A DNA stretch of 64,000 bases. Origin: Kiritimatiellia bacterium (GTDB lineage Bacteria; Verrucomicrobiota; Kiritimatiellia; CAIVKH01). A program made the translations under genes and the position numbers. This document shows, piece after piece, positions 27,691-37,967 of this stretch; positions within the stretch are counted from its first letter, which is position 1; every line of letters begins with the position of its first letter. Under the pieces are notes generated by a model. That model saw only the letters and a program-made list of their open reading frames with translations. It made no database searches and was not told where the DNA came from. The stretch spans positions 44,982 to 108,981 of the forward strand of contig JANWZO010000004.1 in NCBI GenBank assembly GCA_025054615.1, written 5' to 3'.

Positions 27691-28698
27691 ATGACCACGA
27701 GTGAGATCGAACAGTGGATCGCGGAAGCTGTTTCGGAAGTCCGCGCGGCACCAGATCTCGCAGCACTCGAGACCGTGCGCGCTCGGCACCTCGGCCGAAA
27801 CGGGCGAATTCAGCAGGTCCTTCAAGCGCTTCGCGAGGCGCCGCCGGACCAAAAGCGCGAATGGGGTCGGCTCGCCAATGCTTATAAGGACACGGTGCAG
27901 GCGGCCGTCGACGAGCGCCGCGAGGCGCTCGCCGCCACCGCAGCCACGCCCGCATTTGACCCGACCCAGCCCGGGCGTTGGCATGCGGTCGGCACAAGGC
28001 ACCCGGTGACGCAAATCATCGAACGCGCCGTCGACATTTTCTGCAGGCTCGGTTTTTCCGTGGCGGACGGGCCGGACATCGAGACGCCATTCCACAACTT
28101 TGACGCGCTCAACACGCCAGCCCACCACCCTTCGCGCGACCCGAAAGACACATTTTATCTGGACGACGGCCGACTGCTCCGCACGCATACCTCGCCCGTG
28201 CAGATCCGCGTCATGCAATCGCGCCCGCCGCCGATTCGAATTGTCGCTCCAGGCCGTTGCTACCGCCGGGACACTACCGACGCCACTCACAGCGCCAATT
28301 TTCACCAGATCGAGGGCCTGTATGTTGACCGAAAGGTCTCGCTCGCCGACCTAAAGGGCGATCTGACCTATTTCGCCCGCCAAATGATGGGGCCTAACGT
28401 GAAAATTCGTTTCCGCCCCCATTTCTTTCCCTTCACCGAGCCGAGCGTGGAATACGATTTTTCCTGCCATGTGTGCAACGGGTCCGGCTGCAGGGTATGC
28501 AAGAACAGCGGGTGGATCGAAATTTCCGGCGCGGGCCTGGTGCATCCGAATGTGTTCCGCGCCGTCGGCTATAATCCGGACGAGGTCTCCGGCTATGCCT
28601 TCGGCATGGGAATTGAGCGCATCGCGATGATCCTGCTCGGCATCCCCGACATCCGGATGCTTTACGAAAACGATGTGAGGTTCCTTCACCAGTTCTGA
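27691..28698 (+). CDS. pheS: Phenylalanine--tRNA ligase alpha subunit
   Basis: Class II aaRS motifs: HPSRDPKDTFY, RTHTSPVQIR, FRPHFFPFTEPSVE, GMGIERIAMIL. Confidence 0.95.
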   Translation: MTTSEIEQWIAEAVSEVRAAPDLAALETVRARHLGRNGRIQQVLQALREAPPDQKREWGRLANAYKDTVQAAVDERREALAATAATPAFDPTQPGRWHAVGTRHPVTQIIERAVDIFCRLGFSVADGPDIETPFHNFDALNTPAHHPSRDPKDTFYLDDGRLLRTHTSPVQIRVMQSRPPPIRIVAPGRCYRRDTTDATHSANFHQIEGLYVDRKVSLADLKGDLTYFARQMMGPNVKIRFRPHFFPFTEPSVEYDFSCHVCNGSGCRVCKNSGWIEISGAGLVHPNVFRAVGYNPDEVSGYAFGMGIERIAMILLGIPDIRMLYENDVRFLHQF

Positions 28699-28764
28699 CT
28701 GCGCGTTCCGAGCGACTCGTGCGAGCCGTACGGAACGCCGCCAGACACCAAAACCCCGAAGACC

Positions 28765-31170
28765 ATGAAAGTTCCGCTGTCCTGGTTGCGAGACTATATA
28801 GAGTTTGAAGAAAGCGCTCGGGAGCTTGCTGAACGGCTGACCTTCTCGGGAACGGAGGTCGAGGCCATTGAAACCATCGGCACCTCGTTCGAAGGCCTGG
28901 TTGTCGCCGAGGTCATCGCGGTCGAAAAACATCCGAACGCGGACAAGCTCACCGTGTGCCGCGTTTTTGACGGCGCCTCCGTCCTGCAGGTCGTCTGCGG
29001 CGCTCCGAATGTGAAAACCGGAGGCCGCTATCCCTTTGCGCCGGTGGGCGTGACGCTTCCCGGCGGTTCCCAGACCATTCGTAAGGCCGTGATTCGTGGG
29101 GTCGAGTCACAGGGAATGCTGTGCGCGCCGGACGAGATCGGCATTTCGGACGATCACAGCGGACTGCTCGAGCTGCCGCCAGAACATGCGGCCGGCACAC
29201 CCTTGCGCGACGTCTTCGGGCCGCCGGAGACCGTGCTGGATCTAGAAATCACCCCCAACCGGCCGGACTGCCTGAGCCTGATCGGGATTGCGCGGGAACT
29301 CGCAGCGGTCCTAGGGCGTCCGTTGAAACTGCCTCTGCCCATCGCTCCCCCCTCGCAGCGATCCGTCCGGGACGCCGCAATCGTGACCGTGGAAGACGCG
29401 GACGGTTGTGCGCGATATACCGCAAGGGTGCTGGAGTCGGTGAAGATCGGGCCCTCGCCTCTCTGGATGAAGCGTCGCTTGGAGGCGGCGGGGATACGGT
29501 CCATCAACAACGTCGTCGACATTACCAATTATGTGATGCTCGAAACGGGCCATCCGCTCCACGCATTCGACCGCGATCTGTTGCACGAGGGGCGCATCGT
29601 GGTCCGTCGCGCGCGGGATGGCGAGCGGATTCGAACGTTGGACGACATCGAGCGCGAACTCGATCCCTCAATGCTCGTCATTGCGGATGGGCGGGCTCCG
29701 GTGGCGCTTGCCGGTATCATGGGGGGCGCGGGCAGCGAGATTCGGCCCACCACACGGACAGTCCTGCTGGAAGCCGCCTGGTTCGATCCGGCGCTCATCC
29801 GGTCAACTTCGCGAAAACTCGGGCTTTCGACGGAATCGTCCTACCGCTTCGAGCGTGGGGTGGACCTTCGTACAGTGGAGTGGGCGAGCCGCCGTGCCGC
29901 CCAGTTGATGGCCGAGCTGGCCGGCGCCCGAGAGACAGGTCCCCTAATTGACACTTGTCCGGAACCGCCGGCACCACGCGAAATCCGATTCCGCACGCAG
30001 ACGATCCGCGATGCACTGGGCCTGGAGCTCCGCGATGAAGAAATCGTCTCGATCCTGAACCGGCTGGAAATTCGGACTTTCGAAACATCGCCTGGCGAAT
30101 ACCGAGCCGTGGCCCCGAGTTTTCGCGGGGATCTCGAGCGCGAGGTTGACTTCGTGGAGGAGGTTGCCCGCATCCATGGTCTCGACCATGTGCCGGCGCC
30201 GCATCCTCGCGCCGTGTTGGACCCGCACGCGGGCCGTGATGACAGGTTCCGGACGAAATCGATTCTTCGTTCGATCCTCTGCGGTCTTGGAGCCTCCGAA
30301 ATCATGAACTATAGCCTGGTGTCGGAGGCCTTGCTCGACGCGCTGGATCCCGGCAACCGCACGAACCGGGTGCCCATCCCCCGCCCGATCAGCGCCGACC
30401 AGTCCGTGCTGCGAACCTCGCTGATTCCCCAGATGGTGGAAACGCTCGGCCGAAATCGGTCGCGCCAAATTGAGGGGGCAACGCTCTTCGAAATTGGCCG
30501 AATCTTTCGTCGTACGGAGAACGGGGTGGCCTTGGAAGAAGAGCGCCTCTGTCTCGGTCTTATGGGCCCTGTCGGACGCGGCGCTCTCGATCGACGCAGG
30601 CCGGTAGAGGACGAGGAAATGTTCCTTTGGGGAAAAGGCCTCTGCGAGGCGCTTTGCCAAGCTCTCAACCAGGGCGAAGTTGAGGTGGCTGCCACGCAGG
30701 CGGCGTGGTCTGACGGACCTGCGGTTGAGATTCGAGCTGGCGGCCAAACTCTCGGTATATTAGGGCTAATCGCGCGCCGAATTCGCAGAGAATGGCGGCT
30801 GAACGATCCCATCGCTGTCGCGGAATTCAACCTCGACGCGCTGCTGTCGCGCATGGCGCTCCAGAAGACATACCGTGAGTTTTCCGCGTTCCCTTCCATC
30901 GCGCGCGACGTTGCCATGATCGTCGACCATACGGTGACGCACGCGGACATTATTCGGGAGATCCGAGCCGCCGCGCCGCCGGAGCTGGAGCGGATTGAAT
31001 TGTTCGATGTGTTTACAGGGCCGGCTATCGGGGAAGGCCGGCGAAGCGTTGCGTATTCGTTGATTTATCGATCCGACCGGCGCACCTTGACGGACGACGA
31101 AGCCAACGCGTATCATTTAAAAGTGAAGGCAGCGCTGCGAGAACGCCTGAAGGCTGAAATCCGGGAATAG
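28765..31170 (+). CDS. pheT: Phenylalanine--tRNA ligase beta subunit
   Basis: MKVPLSWLRDYIEF... tRNA-binding N-terminal domain, B3/4 and B5 domains. 801 aa. Follows pheS. Confidence 0.95.
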   Translation: MKVPLSWLRDYIEFEESARELAERLTFSGTEVEAIETIGTSFEGLVVAEVIAVEKHPNADKLTVCRVFDGASVLQVVCGAPNVKTGGRYPFAPVGVTLPGGSQTIRKAVIRGVESQGMLCAPDEIGISDDHSGLLELPPEHAAGTPLRDVFGPPETVLDLEITPNRPDCLSLIGIARELAAVLGRPLKLPLPIAPPSQRSVRDAAIVTVEDADGCARYTARVLESVKIGPSPLWMKRRLEAAGIRSINNVVDITNYVMLETGHPLHAFDRDLLHEGRIVVRRARDGERIRTLDDIERELDPSMLVIADGRAPVALAGIMGGAGSEIRPTTRTVLLEAAWFDPALIRSTSRKLGLSTESSYRFERGVDLRTVEWASRRAAQLMAELAGARETGPLIDTCPEPPAPREIRFRTQTIRDALGLELRDEEIVSILNRLEIRTFETSPGEYRAVAPSFRGDLEREVDFVEEVARIHGLDHVPAPHPRAVLDPHAGRDDRFRTKSILRSILCGLGASEIMNYSLVSEALLDALDPGNRTNRVPIPRPISADQSVLRTSLIPQMVETLGRNRSRQIEGATLFEIGRIFRRTENGVALEEERLCLGLMGPVGRGALDRRRPVEDEEMFLWGKGLCEALCQALNQGEVEVAATQAAWSDGPAVEIRAGGQTLGILGLIARRIRREWRLNDPIAVAEFNLDALLSRMALQKTYREFSAFPSIARDVAMIVDHTVTHADIIREIRAAAPPELERIELFDVFTGPAIGEGRRSVAYSLIYRSDRRTLTDDEANAYHLKVKAALRERLKAEIRE

Positions 31171-31392
31171 CTCGGAACATCGCACGAACGCTGCGAGATC
31201 TTTGAAAGCCGCCTTGCGGACGACATTTTAGATTTACCCTGCGCGGTGCGACAGGGGCCAAGCTACTCTGACCCAGTACTCATTCTGACAGGGAGTCCGG
31301 CGTCCGGCCGTGGACCTCATGTCCCCTCATGAGCGGGAACTTGGAAAGCGGTCGGCAGGGCACCCACCTCGCAAAGCGAGGCGTCAGAGCGA

Positions 31393-31428
31393 TGCCCGCA
31401 TCGGCCGCTGCGGGGTATTTTTTTTCAT
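31393..31428 (+). terminator. Rho-independent terminator-like hairpin plus T9 tract
   Basis: CCCGCA-tcggccgc-TGCGGG followed by GTATTTTTTTTC at about 31395-31426. It lies about 225 nt downstream of the pheT stop on the plus strand. Confidence 0.4.
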
Positions 31429-31480
31429 TTGTAAAGTGTCGGGGCGCCATGAGCAGCGGAACCGAAGCGCTCGCCCCGAG

Positions 31481-33307
31481 TTATTCAACCGTCACGCTCT
31501 TTGCCAGGTTGCGCGGCTTGTCGATGTCGGTCCCACGTGCCTGAGCCGCGTAATAGGCAAGCAACTGGAGAGCGACCACGTTGACCATGGGCGAAAATTC
31601 GTCCCGAACGTGGGGAACATAGAGAATGTCCTCGGCGATGCCCCGGAGCGTGTCATCGCCCTCAGTAGCGATTGCGATGATCCGTCCGTGCCGGGCTTCC
31701 ACTTCTTTCACGTTGGACAGCATTTTCTCGTAGACTTCGTCCTGCGTCCGCGTGCAAATGCAAACGACTGGCATGTACTCGTTGATCAGCGCGATGGGCC
31801 CGTGCTTCATTTCACCAGCGGCGTAACCCTCCGCGTGCTGATACGAAATTTCCTTGTTTTTCAGCGCGCCCTCCAGCGCCGTCGGATAGTTGAATTTTCG
31901 CCCGAGGTACAGCGAGCTCGGGCCGCTGTGGTGCTTTTCGGCAACAGTTCGTATCTGGTCCTTGCGGGCAAGAACGCGGTGGATGGCATCCGGCACTTTC
32001 TGGAGGTCCTCGAGGAGGGCGGAGATCTGAGCGTCGCTCAACGTGTTGCGGACCTTGGCAATATAGAGCGAAAGCAGGGCAAAGGCCATCTGCTGCGCCG
32101 TATAGGCCTTCGTCGACGCCACTCCGATTTCGGGGCCTGCTTCCGTGTAAAACACTGCGTCGCTCTCACGAACCACCGAACTACCCGGAACGTTGCAAAT
32201 CGAAAGCACGCGACATCCCCAGCTCCGGGCCATGCGGATGCACGCGAGAGTGTCCGCCGTCTCGCCGGATTGGGAAACCGCGATCACCAGCGTGCCGGGA
32301 TCGATCTTCGGGTCGCGGTAACGAAATTCGCTGGCAAGGTCCGTTTCGACGGCCAGTCCCGTGTAATGCTCGATCAGGAGCCTCCCGTACATGCCCGCGT
32401 GATAGGCCGTGCCGCAGGCGACAATCATGATCCGGCGCAGCTTGCGGAAATAATCCGCGCTCATGCCGAATTGGCCCTCGAGGCGTCCGTGTTTCTCGAG
32501 AAGCTGGCGCAACACGCGGGGCTGCTCGTGGATTTCCTTGAGCATGAAGGTCTCGAAACCCGCCCGCTCGGCTGCCTCCGCCTGAAGCTCCACTCGGTGA
32601 ATCTCCGGCCTGACCTCGGTGCCGTCGAGTTTGAAGATTCGCACGCCGTGCGGCGCAAGCACGGCAATTTCCCCGTCATTCAGATAGATGACCTGTCGGA
32701 TCCGATTGAGGATGGCCGGAACGTCGCTGGCGATGAAATACTCGCCCTCCGCCAGGCCGACTATCAGCGGGCTTCCCTGACGTGCGGCGATGATCCGGTC
32801 CGGCTCATCTGCGCTCAAAATGCCCAGGGCGTAGGCGCCGCGCGCGCGGGAAAGGGACCGGCGCACCGCGGCGAGCACGTCCGGCGCCCCCCGCGAAAGT
32901 TCTCGCGCGATTAGATGTGGAATGACTTCCGTGTCGGTCTGAGATTTGAACTGGTGGCCCGATGATTCCAGCTCCTCGCGAAGTTCCTTGTAGTTTTCAA
33001 TGATCCCGTTGTGTACCACGGCGATCCGTCCGCTGTCGTCGGTGTGCGGGTGAGCATTCTGCTCCGTCGGAGCGCCGTGGGTCGCCCACCGGGTATGGCC
33101 AATCCCGGGACGACCTGCCACGGGTTCAAGAACCAATTTTTCTTCGAGGGCGGTCAGGCGACCAACCGACCGGCGAACCGCCAGCCCGCCGTCGGACACG
33201 ACAGCAAGTCCGGCGGAATCGTATCCGCGGTATTCGAGCCTTTTGAGGCCATCGATCAGCAACGGGACCGCGTTCTGCCGGCCGACATATCCGACGATTC
33301 CGCACAT
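31481..33307 (-). CDS. glmS: Glutamine--fructose-6-phosphate aminotransferase (isomerising)
   Basis: MCGIVGYVG (Ntn Cys2). Two SIS domains. 608 aa. Confidence 0.95.
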   Translation of the reverse strand: MCGIVGYVGRQNAVPLLIDGLKRLEYRGYDSAGLAVVSDGGLAVRRSVGRLTALEEKLVLEPVAGRPGIGHTRWATHGAPTEQNAHPHTDDSGRIAVVHNGIIENYKELREELESSGHQFKSQTDTEVIPHLIARELSRGAPDVLAAVRRSLSRARGAYALGILSADEPDRIIAARQGSPLIVGLAEGEYFIASDVPAILNRIRQVIYLNDGEIAVLAPHGVRIFKLDGTEVRPEIHRVELQAEAAERAGFETFMLKEIHEQPRVLRQLLEKHGRLEGQFGMSADYFRKLRRIMIVACGTAYHAGMYGRLLIEHYTGLAVETDLASEFRYRDPKIDPGTLVIAVSQSGETADTLACIRMARSWGCRVLSICNVPGSSVVRESDAVFYTEAGPEIGVASTKAYTAQQMAFALLSLYIAKVRNTLSDAQISALLEDLQKVPDAIHRVLARKDQIRTVAEKHHSGPSSLYLGRKFNYPTALEGALKNKEISYQHAEGYAAGEMKHGPIALINEYMPVVCICTRTQDEVYEKMLSNVKEVEARHGRIIAIATEGDDTLRGIAEDILYVPHVRDEFSPMVNVVALQLLAYYAAQARGTDIDKPRNLAKSVTVE

Positions 33308-33465
33308 GGTGAACTCCTCATGGACGCGGTGTTTTCCGCCATACGCGGGACAACCTGCCGTCCAGCACCAGCCTGCTGCCCCTCATGACCTGCATTAAGA
33401 CGAGACGCCGCGGCATCCGTCAAGATGGCCGCGGCGTCCGAGAAAGGAGCCTCGAACGCTCGTGT

Positions 33466-34110
33466 TTACGGACGAAGGACGACCTGGTTGGTGCCCCCGG
33501 GGAAGAAATTCCCGTTGATGTTGTCCGGCTTGAAAATCACACCACTACCGCCCTTCAGAACCGTCGGAAGACCCTTCCGCCCGAACGGCGGATTTTCGGT
33601 CATCTGCGATGCGTAGTCAAAATTCGCCGCCGTGTTGAGCGCATTGATGTTGAGATTCCGCGTGAAGAGCAGTGGGGTGACATCGACGGACGCGTCCGTG
33701 ATGTCCGCGGTGATGCACCAGGCATTGTTATCCGCCGTGAACAAGGACGCGTTTGTGCCTTTCAGCGGGGTGATGCCCGGAGCGGAGAAGAAAGAGAAAT
33801 CCACGCGCATGATGCCGGACGTCACGACGTTGCGCCAGTAAAGCGTGGAATTCGCGAATGCGCCCGGTCCGGAACCCGAACGCGGATATGGACTGCCCGT
33901 CTGGAGAATGGGATCCTCAATGTCCTTGGCGAAGAGCGCCTGATGAATGCTTCGCCCATTGGCGAGCGTGCCCGTCATCTTGCCGCGCGTCAGGGCATCT
34001 GTGACCGTCGGGGTCAGCACGGCGGCCAAGATGGCAATGATTGCGATAACAACCAGCAGCTCAATCAACGTAAAGCCGCGGTTTTGAACCTTCTTCATCA
34101 GCATCCTCAT
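33466..34110 (-). CDS. Prepilin-type N-terminal cleavage/methylation domain protein (pilin-like)
   Basis: Start [34 protein letters not shown] with a GGAGC Shine-Dalgarno 7 nt upstream. The track ORF extends to 34167. Pilin-like processed N-terminus. Confidence 0.7.
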   Translation of the reverse strand: MRMLMKKVQNRGFTLIELLVVIAIIAILAAVLTPTVTDALTRGKMTGTLANGRSIHQALFAKDIEDPILQTGSPYPRSGSGPGAFANSTLYWRNVVTSGIMRVDFSFFSAPGITPLKGTNASLFTADNNAWCITADITDASVDVTPLLFTRNLNINALNTAANFDYASQMTENPPFGRKGLPTVLKGGSGVIFKPDNINGNFFPGGTNQVVLRP

Positions 34111-34202
34111 GATTTTGCTCCTCTCTTTCTTGCGCCATTCTCCAAATTTGATTAACGACGCAGTCATGAATCTACCCGCAGTCCCGCTTCGCCGTCAAGA
34201 TT

Positions 34203-35252
34203 GTGAACGTCGACGATTTTGACTACAAGCTGCCCCCCGAGTTGATTGCCCAGCAGCCGCTCTCCCGGCGTGACGCATCGCGGATGATGGTCTTGGACCG
34301 ACGCACCCGGCGCTGGATGCACAGCCGCTTTTCGGAGCTGCCGACCTTCCTTCGCGAGGGCGATTTGCTCGTCGTCAACAACACGCGCGTCATCCCCGCT
34401 CGACTTTTCGCGCGCAAGCCCGGCACCGGGGGGCGCGTTGAGGTCTTCCTGCTTGAGGAGAGCGAATCCGGCACCTGGAGCGCGTTGGTGCGGTCGAGAA
34501 GAAGGCCGCGCGCCGGCGACCGCCTCCTGCTGGAGGGTGGGGGCGAGGTCGAGATCATCGCGCTGCGCTCGGAGGGAATGGCTGACATCCGTTTCCATCT
34601 TCAAGTGCCTTTGGGGGAGTACCTTCAGCGATTCGGTCACACCCCGCTCCCGCCATATATACGTCGCACCGGTTCCGAATCCAGCGCCCCGAGCGAAACC
34701 GCGGATCGGGAGCGCTACCAAACGGTTTATGCGCAGGAGCCTGGATCGGTAGCCGCGCCCACGGCCGGGCTGCATTTCACCGAGGAGATGTTCCGGCGCC
34801 TCGCCGAGCGCGGCGTACGAAGGGCGGACATCACCTTGCATGTTGGCTTGGGAACATTTAGGCCCGTGAAGGCCGAACGGGTAGAAGACCACCGCATGCA
34901 CGAGGAGCGCTACACCGTCTCGCCTCAGGCGGCCGATCTGATTCGACAGACCCGCGCCGCCGGCGGGCGGATTGTCGCGGTGGGCACCACGACGGTCCGC
35001 ACACTCGAGACCGTCTGCGCACGGCGAGGTGAGATCGTCGCGGACTCCGGACGGACCGACCTGTTCATCTATCCGCCGTTTCGATTCAGGGCCATCGACG
35101 CTCTGCTGACCAACTTCCATCTTCCCAAATCAACCCTGCTGATGCTGGTCTCGGCCTTTGCAGGCCGGGAATTCGTGCTTGCCGCTTACGAAGAAGCGGT
35201 CCGCGAACGCTACCGCTTCTTCAGCTACGGAGACTGCATGCTGATCCTCTAA
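34203..35252 (+). CDS. queA: S-adenosylmethionine:tRNA ribosyltransferase-isomerase
   Basis: FDYKLPPELIAQQPL..R..SR.MVLDR, LLVVNNTRVIPARL, HFTEEM, C-terminal LLTNFHLPKSTLLMLVSAF. GTG start. Confidence 0.9.
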   Translation: MNVDDFDYKLPPELIAQQPLSRRDASRMMVLDRRTRRWMHSRFSELPTFLREGDLLVVNNTRVIPARLFARKPGTGGRVEVFLLEESESGTWSALVRSRRRPRAGDRLLLEGGGEVEIIALRSEGMADIRFHLQVPLGEYLQRFGHTPLPPYIRRTGSESSAPSETADRERYQTVYAQEPGSVAAPTAGLHFTEEMFRRLAERGVRRADITLHVGLGTFRPVKAERVEDHRMHEERYTVSPQAADLIRQTRAAGGRIVAVGTTTVRTLETVCARRGEIVADSGRTDLFIYPPFRFRAIDALLTNFHLPKSTLLMLVSAFAGREFVLAAYEEAVRERYRFFSYGDCMLIL

Positions 35253-35315
35253 ACGGTCGGCTAACGGCTCGGTCTTATGATCTATTTGCGCTCGGGGTTT
35301 GCCGGTCCCTAATGG

Positions 35316-36806
35316 TCAGGGCCGGAACCAGCGGAAATCCTGCTCCAGTAACTCCAGTTCCTGCTTTAATCGCACCGCGGACCAATCGAGTATCCGCGCC
35401 ATCTCCGTCGCCATGCATTCAATCTCCGAATCGGGGGGCCGGCTGAAGGTTCCCAGTCCGGTGCGGCGGATCACGACGTCCGACAATCGCACGGCGAACT
35501 CGTGTTCAACGGCGCGGCGCGTTTGAGCGCGCAAATCGCCCGCCAACGGTTCCGCGCCGATCAGTGCATCCTCTTGAATCGCAGAGTTCCCCACGCCCAA
35601 CATTCGCGCGATTCGCCGGGCGGCCGTCTCGCCCACGCTGAGGCCGGTTGTGTACTTGACGCCCTTGATATGGAACAGGCCGCGAAGCGCATCGGCCTGG
35701 ATTTCCGAATGCTTGTCGGGCTCGGGCGAGCCGCCCGCGGTGGAGGCGGGCTGCACGCCGATATGCAGCAGAGTAATGTCCGCCGCCTCGAGTCCGGCGC
35801 CGGGCAGGACCGCGTTGATTTCTCGTATAAAGGCCTCAATCGAACCTGGCGAAGGCCGATAGTCGGCGGGGTCCCCCGAATATGGCTCATACACAGTGCC
35901 CACCATTGTTCCCTCCCGCCACGGCACAAAAAATAGGTTTCGCCTTCCGCGCTGAATCAGCGCGTCGGGATCTAGATGTTCCTGTCGGCTCTCCAGCCCC
36001 ACGCCGATGCTCCCAAACCACCGCTTGCGCACAACCAGATTCCAGGCTCCAACGAGGGGATGCTCCCTCCCCCGTCGACCGCACCACGTCTTCCACCAAG
36101 GACCCGCCGCGTTGAGAACGGCACGAGCGCCGATGGCGAATTCCGCGTCGGCGATTTCATCGCGCGCAAGGACCCCCGAAACGGCGCCTCCCGATTCGAG
36201 GATTCGCACAGCCCGTACATAATTGGCGACGGCCGCGCCGCGCCAGCTGGCCGACAGCGCAAACGCCAGCGTCAGGCGCTCAATGTCATGAGCGAGCGCA
36301 TCGTACCAGAGCGCAGCTCCATCGTAGGATGCGGCGGGAAGCAGTGGCCACAATTCGGCCGCTTCCCGCCGCGAGAGAATTCGGCCGCACGGTAACTGAT
36401 GGGTCTTGTTGACGCCGTAGTTCCGATCGAACGAAACCAAATCATTGACCCACAACGCAGCGCGCAAGGCCATCCGGCTACGGACGCCCCAGCCCCGCGT
36501 CGGAATGGCAAACGCCTGCGGACGAAGCAGCGCAGGCGCCAGTTGGAGAAACCGGCGGCGTGCCAGGATCGACTCTCGCATTCGTTTGAAGTTGCCGTGC
36601 TGCAAATAGCGGAGGCCGCCGTGTATGACTTTGAGACTGTTGGCCGAGGTGGCGGCACCAAAGTCTCCAGCATCGATGAGAGCTGTCTTCAGACCCAGGC
36701 GTGCGGCCGTCCATGCTGCGCTCGCCCCGTGAATACCGGCGCCGACGACCAAAAGGTCGAACGACTCGGTTTCGAGCCGTCGGAGAGCATCGTCGCGAGC
36801 GCCCAC
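35316..36806 (-). CDS. glpD: FAD-dependent glycerol-3-phosphate dehydrogenase/oxidase family protein
   Basis: DLLVVGAGIHGASAAWTAARLGLKTALID (FAD dinucleotide fold) and LKVIHGGLRYL, as in GlpD/GlpO. 496 aa. Confidence 0.75.
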   Translation of the reverse strand: MGARDDALRRLETESFDLLVVGAGIHGASAAWTAARLGLKTALIDAGDFGAATSANSLKVIHGGLRYLQHGNFKRMRESILARRRFLQLAPALLRPQAFAIPTRGWGVRSRMALRAALWVNDLVSFDRNYGVNKTHQLPCGRILSRREAAELWPLLPAASYDGAALWYDALAHDIERLTLAFALSASWRGAAVANYVRAVRILESGGAVSGVLARDEIADAEFAIGARAVLNAAGPWWKTWCGRRGREHPLVGAWNLVVRKRWFGSIGVGLESRQEHLDPDALIQRGRRNLFFVPWREGTMVGTVYEPYSGDPADYRPSPGSIEAFIREINAVLPGAGLEAADITLLHIGVQPASTAGGSPEPDKHSEIQADALRGLFHIKGVKYTTGLSVGETAARRIARMLGVGNSAIQEDALIGAEPLAGDLRAQTRRAVEHEFAVRLSDVVIRRTGLGTFSRPPDSEIECMATEMARILDWSAVRLKQELELLEQDFRWFRP

Positions 36807-36812
36807 GCCCGA

Positions 36813-37967
36813 TCAACCTCCCCGAGCCAGGAGGGAATAGGACTCGCGCAACGCTTTGCGATAAGCCTCGCGGCTGTGCCGTTCCGAAGCGCGAGTGGCC
36901 GCTGCGGCGCCGAGCCGCTGCCGCGCGGCGGGATCGCGCGCCAACTCCGTCAACGCGTCGGCGAGGGCTGTCGGTTCCGGATCGACAAGGCGCGCAACCG
37001 AATCATCGAGGACTTGGGTGTGCGACTCGATGCGCGTCGCGACAATCGCGCGGCCCGCTGCCAGATACGAGTAGATCTTCATCGGCGTGTTCACGCCCCG
37101 AAGGCGCGGCGATACGAGGATATCGGCCTGCTGGAGATAATACATCAACCGTTCCAGCGGACGGGGACCCAATAAAAAAGCGCGCCCGGCCAGCCCGAGC
37201 GAATCTGCACGCGCCCTATAATTGGCAACATCTTGCTCGCGTCCCCCGATGATGACCAGTCGAAGATCCGGATCGCTTGCCGCGGCGAATCCTTCGAGGA
37301 GAAGGTCAACTCCTTGGTAATGTTCCAGGTTGCCCACGTACAGCGCGAGGGTCCCTCGAATGCCGAGCCGTTCACGCAGGGGCTCGGTCTCCGGCGGCAC
37401 GGGCGGGAAATCCATCGCCATGTCATGGAGCAACACGCAGGGCTTGCCGGGCGCATGCCTCTCCACCTTGTCGGCGAGGGCTCGACACACAGGCAGGACA
37501 AGGTCGGCGGAGCGGATCGCGTATCGCTCAAATGCGTACAGGATTGGCGCCACTAGGCGAAGCCACCCCCATTTTTCAATCAACTGGTCCGCCATCGACG
37601 AGTCCATGTCGTAGACCACGCGCGCGCCGATGCGCGAGGCGAGGCGCCGCGCGAAAAAAATAGACTCCTCGCAGGCGTGGACGACGTCATAGCGCGTTTC
37701 GCGGACAAGCCGCCCGGCAAGCTGAAAGAGGCCCGCATCGCAGCGCAGTTTGGCGACGGAAAAACCGATCGGCACGCGCTGCACACCCCGAGGGCGGCGA
37801 GCCCGAAAAATGCGGACGCCGGGCACCGAGACGTCCCGCCCAAACGGAAAGGTGACAAGGTCAACTTCATGGCCTTCCGCGGCAAGCGTTTCCGCAACCC
37901 ACTTGACGGCAATCGGCGTGCCGCGCTCCTCGTAAAACGGCTGGGGGGCAAGCAAAAGGACTTTCAT
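36813..37967 (-). CDS. GT4-family glycosyltransferase
   Basis: Start MKVLLLAPQPFYEERGTPIAVKW. The C-terminal half carries the GT-B retaining EX7E-type region (LVSPRLRGVNTPMKIYSYLAAGRAIVAT). ATGA overlap with the downstream gene. Confidence 0.8.
   Translation of the reverse strand: MKVLLLAPQPFYEERGTPIAVKWVAETLAAEGHEVDLVTFPFGRDVSVPGVRIFRARRPRGVQRVPIGFSVAKLRCDAGLFQLAGRLVRETRYDVVHACEESIFFARRLASRIGARVVYDMDSSMADQLIEKWGWLRLVAPILYAFERYAIRSADLVLPVCRALADKVERHAPGKPCVLLHDMAMDFPPVPPETEPLRERLGIRGTLALYVGNLEHYQGVDLLLEGFAAASDPDLRLVIIGGREQDVANYRARADSLGLAGRAFLLGPRPLERLMYYLQQADILVSPRLRGVNTPMKIYSYLAAGRAIVATRIESHTQVLDDSVARLVDPEPTALADALTELARDPAARQRLGAAAATRASERHSREAYRKALRESYSLLARGG

Noticed and set aside
31310-32914. 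534-aa plus-strand ORF
   Set aside because: Antisense to glmS. Arg-rich low-complexity product.
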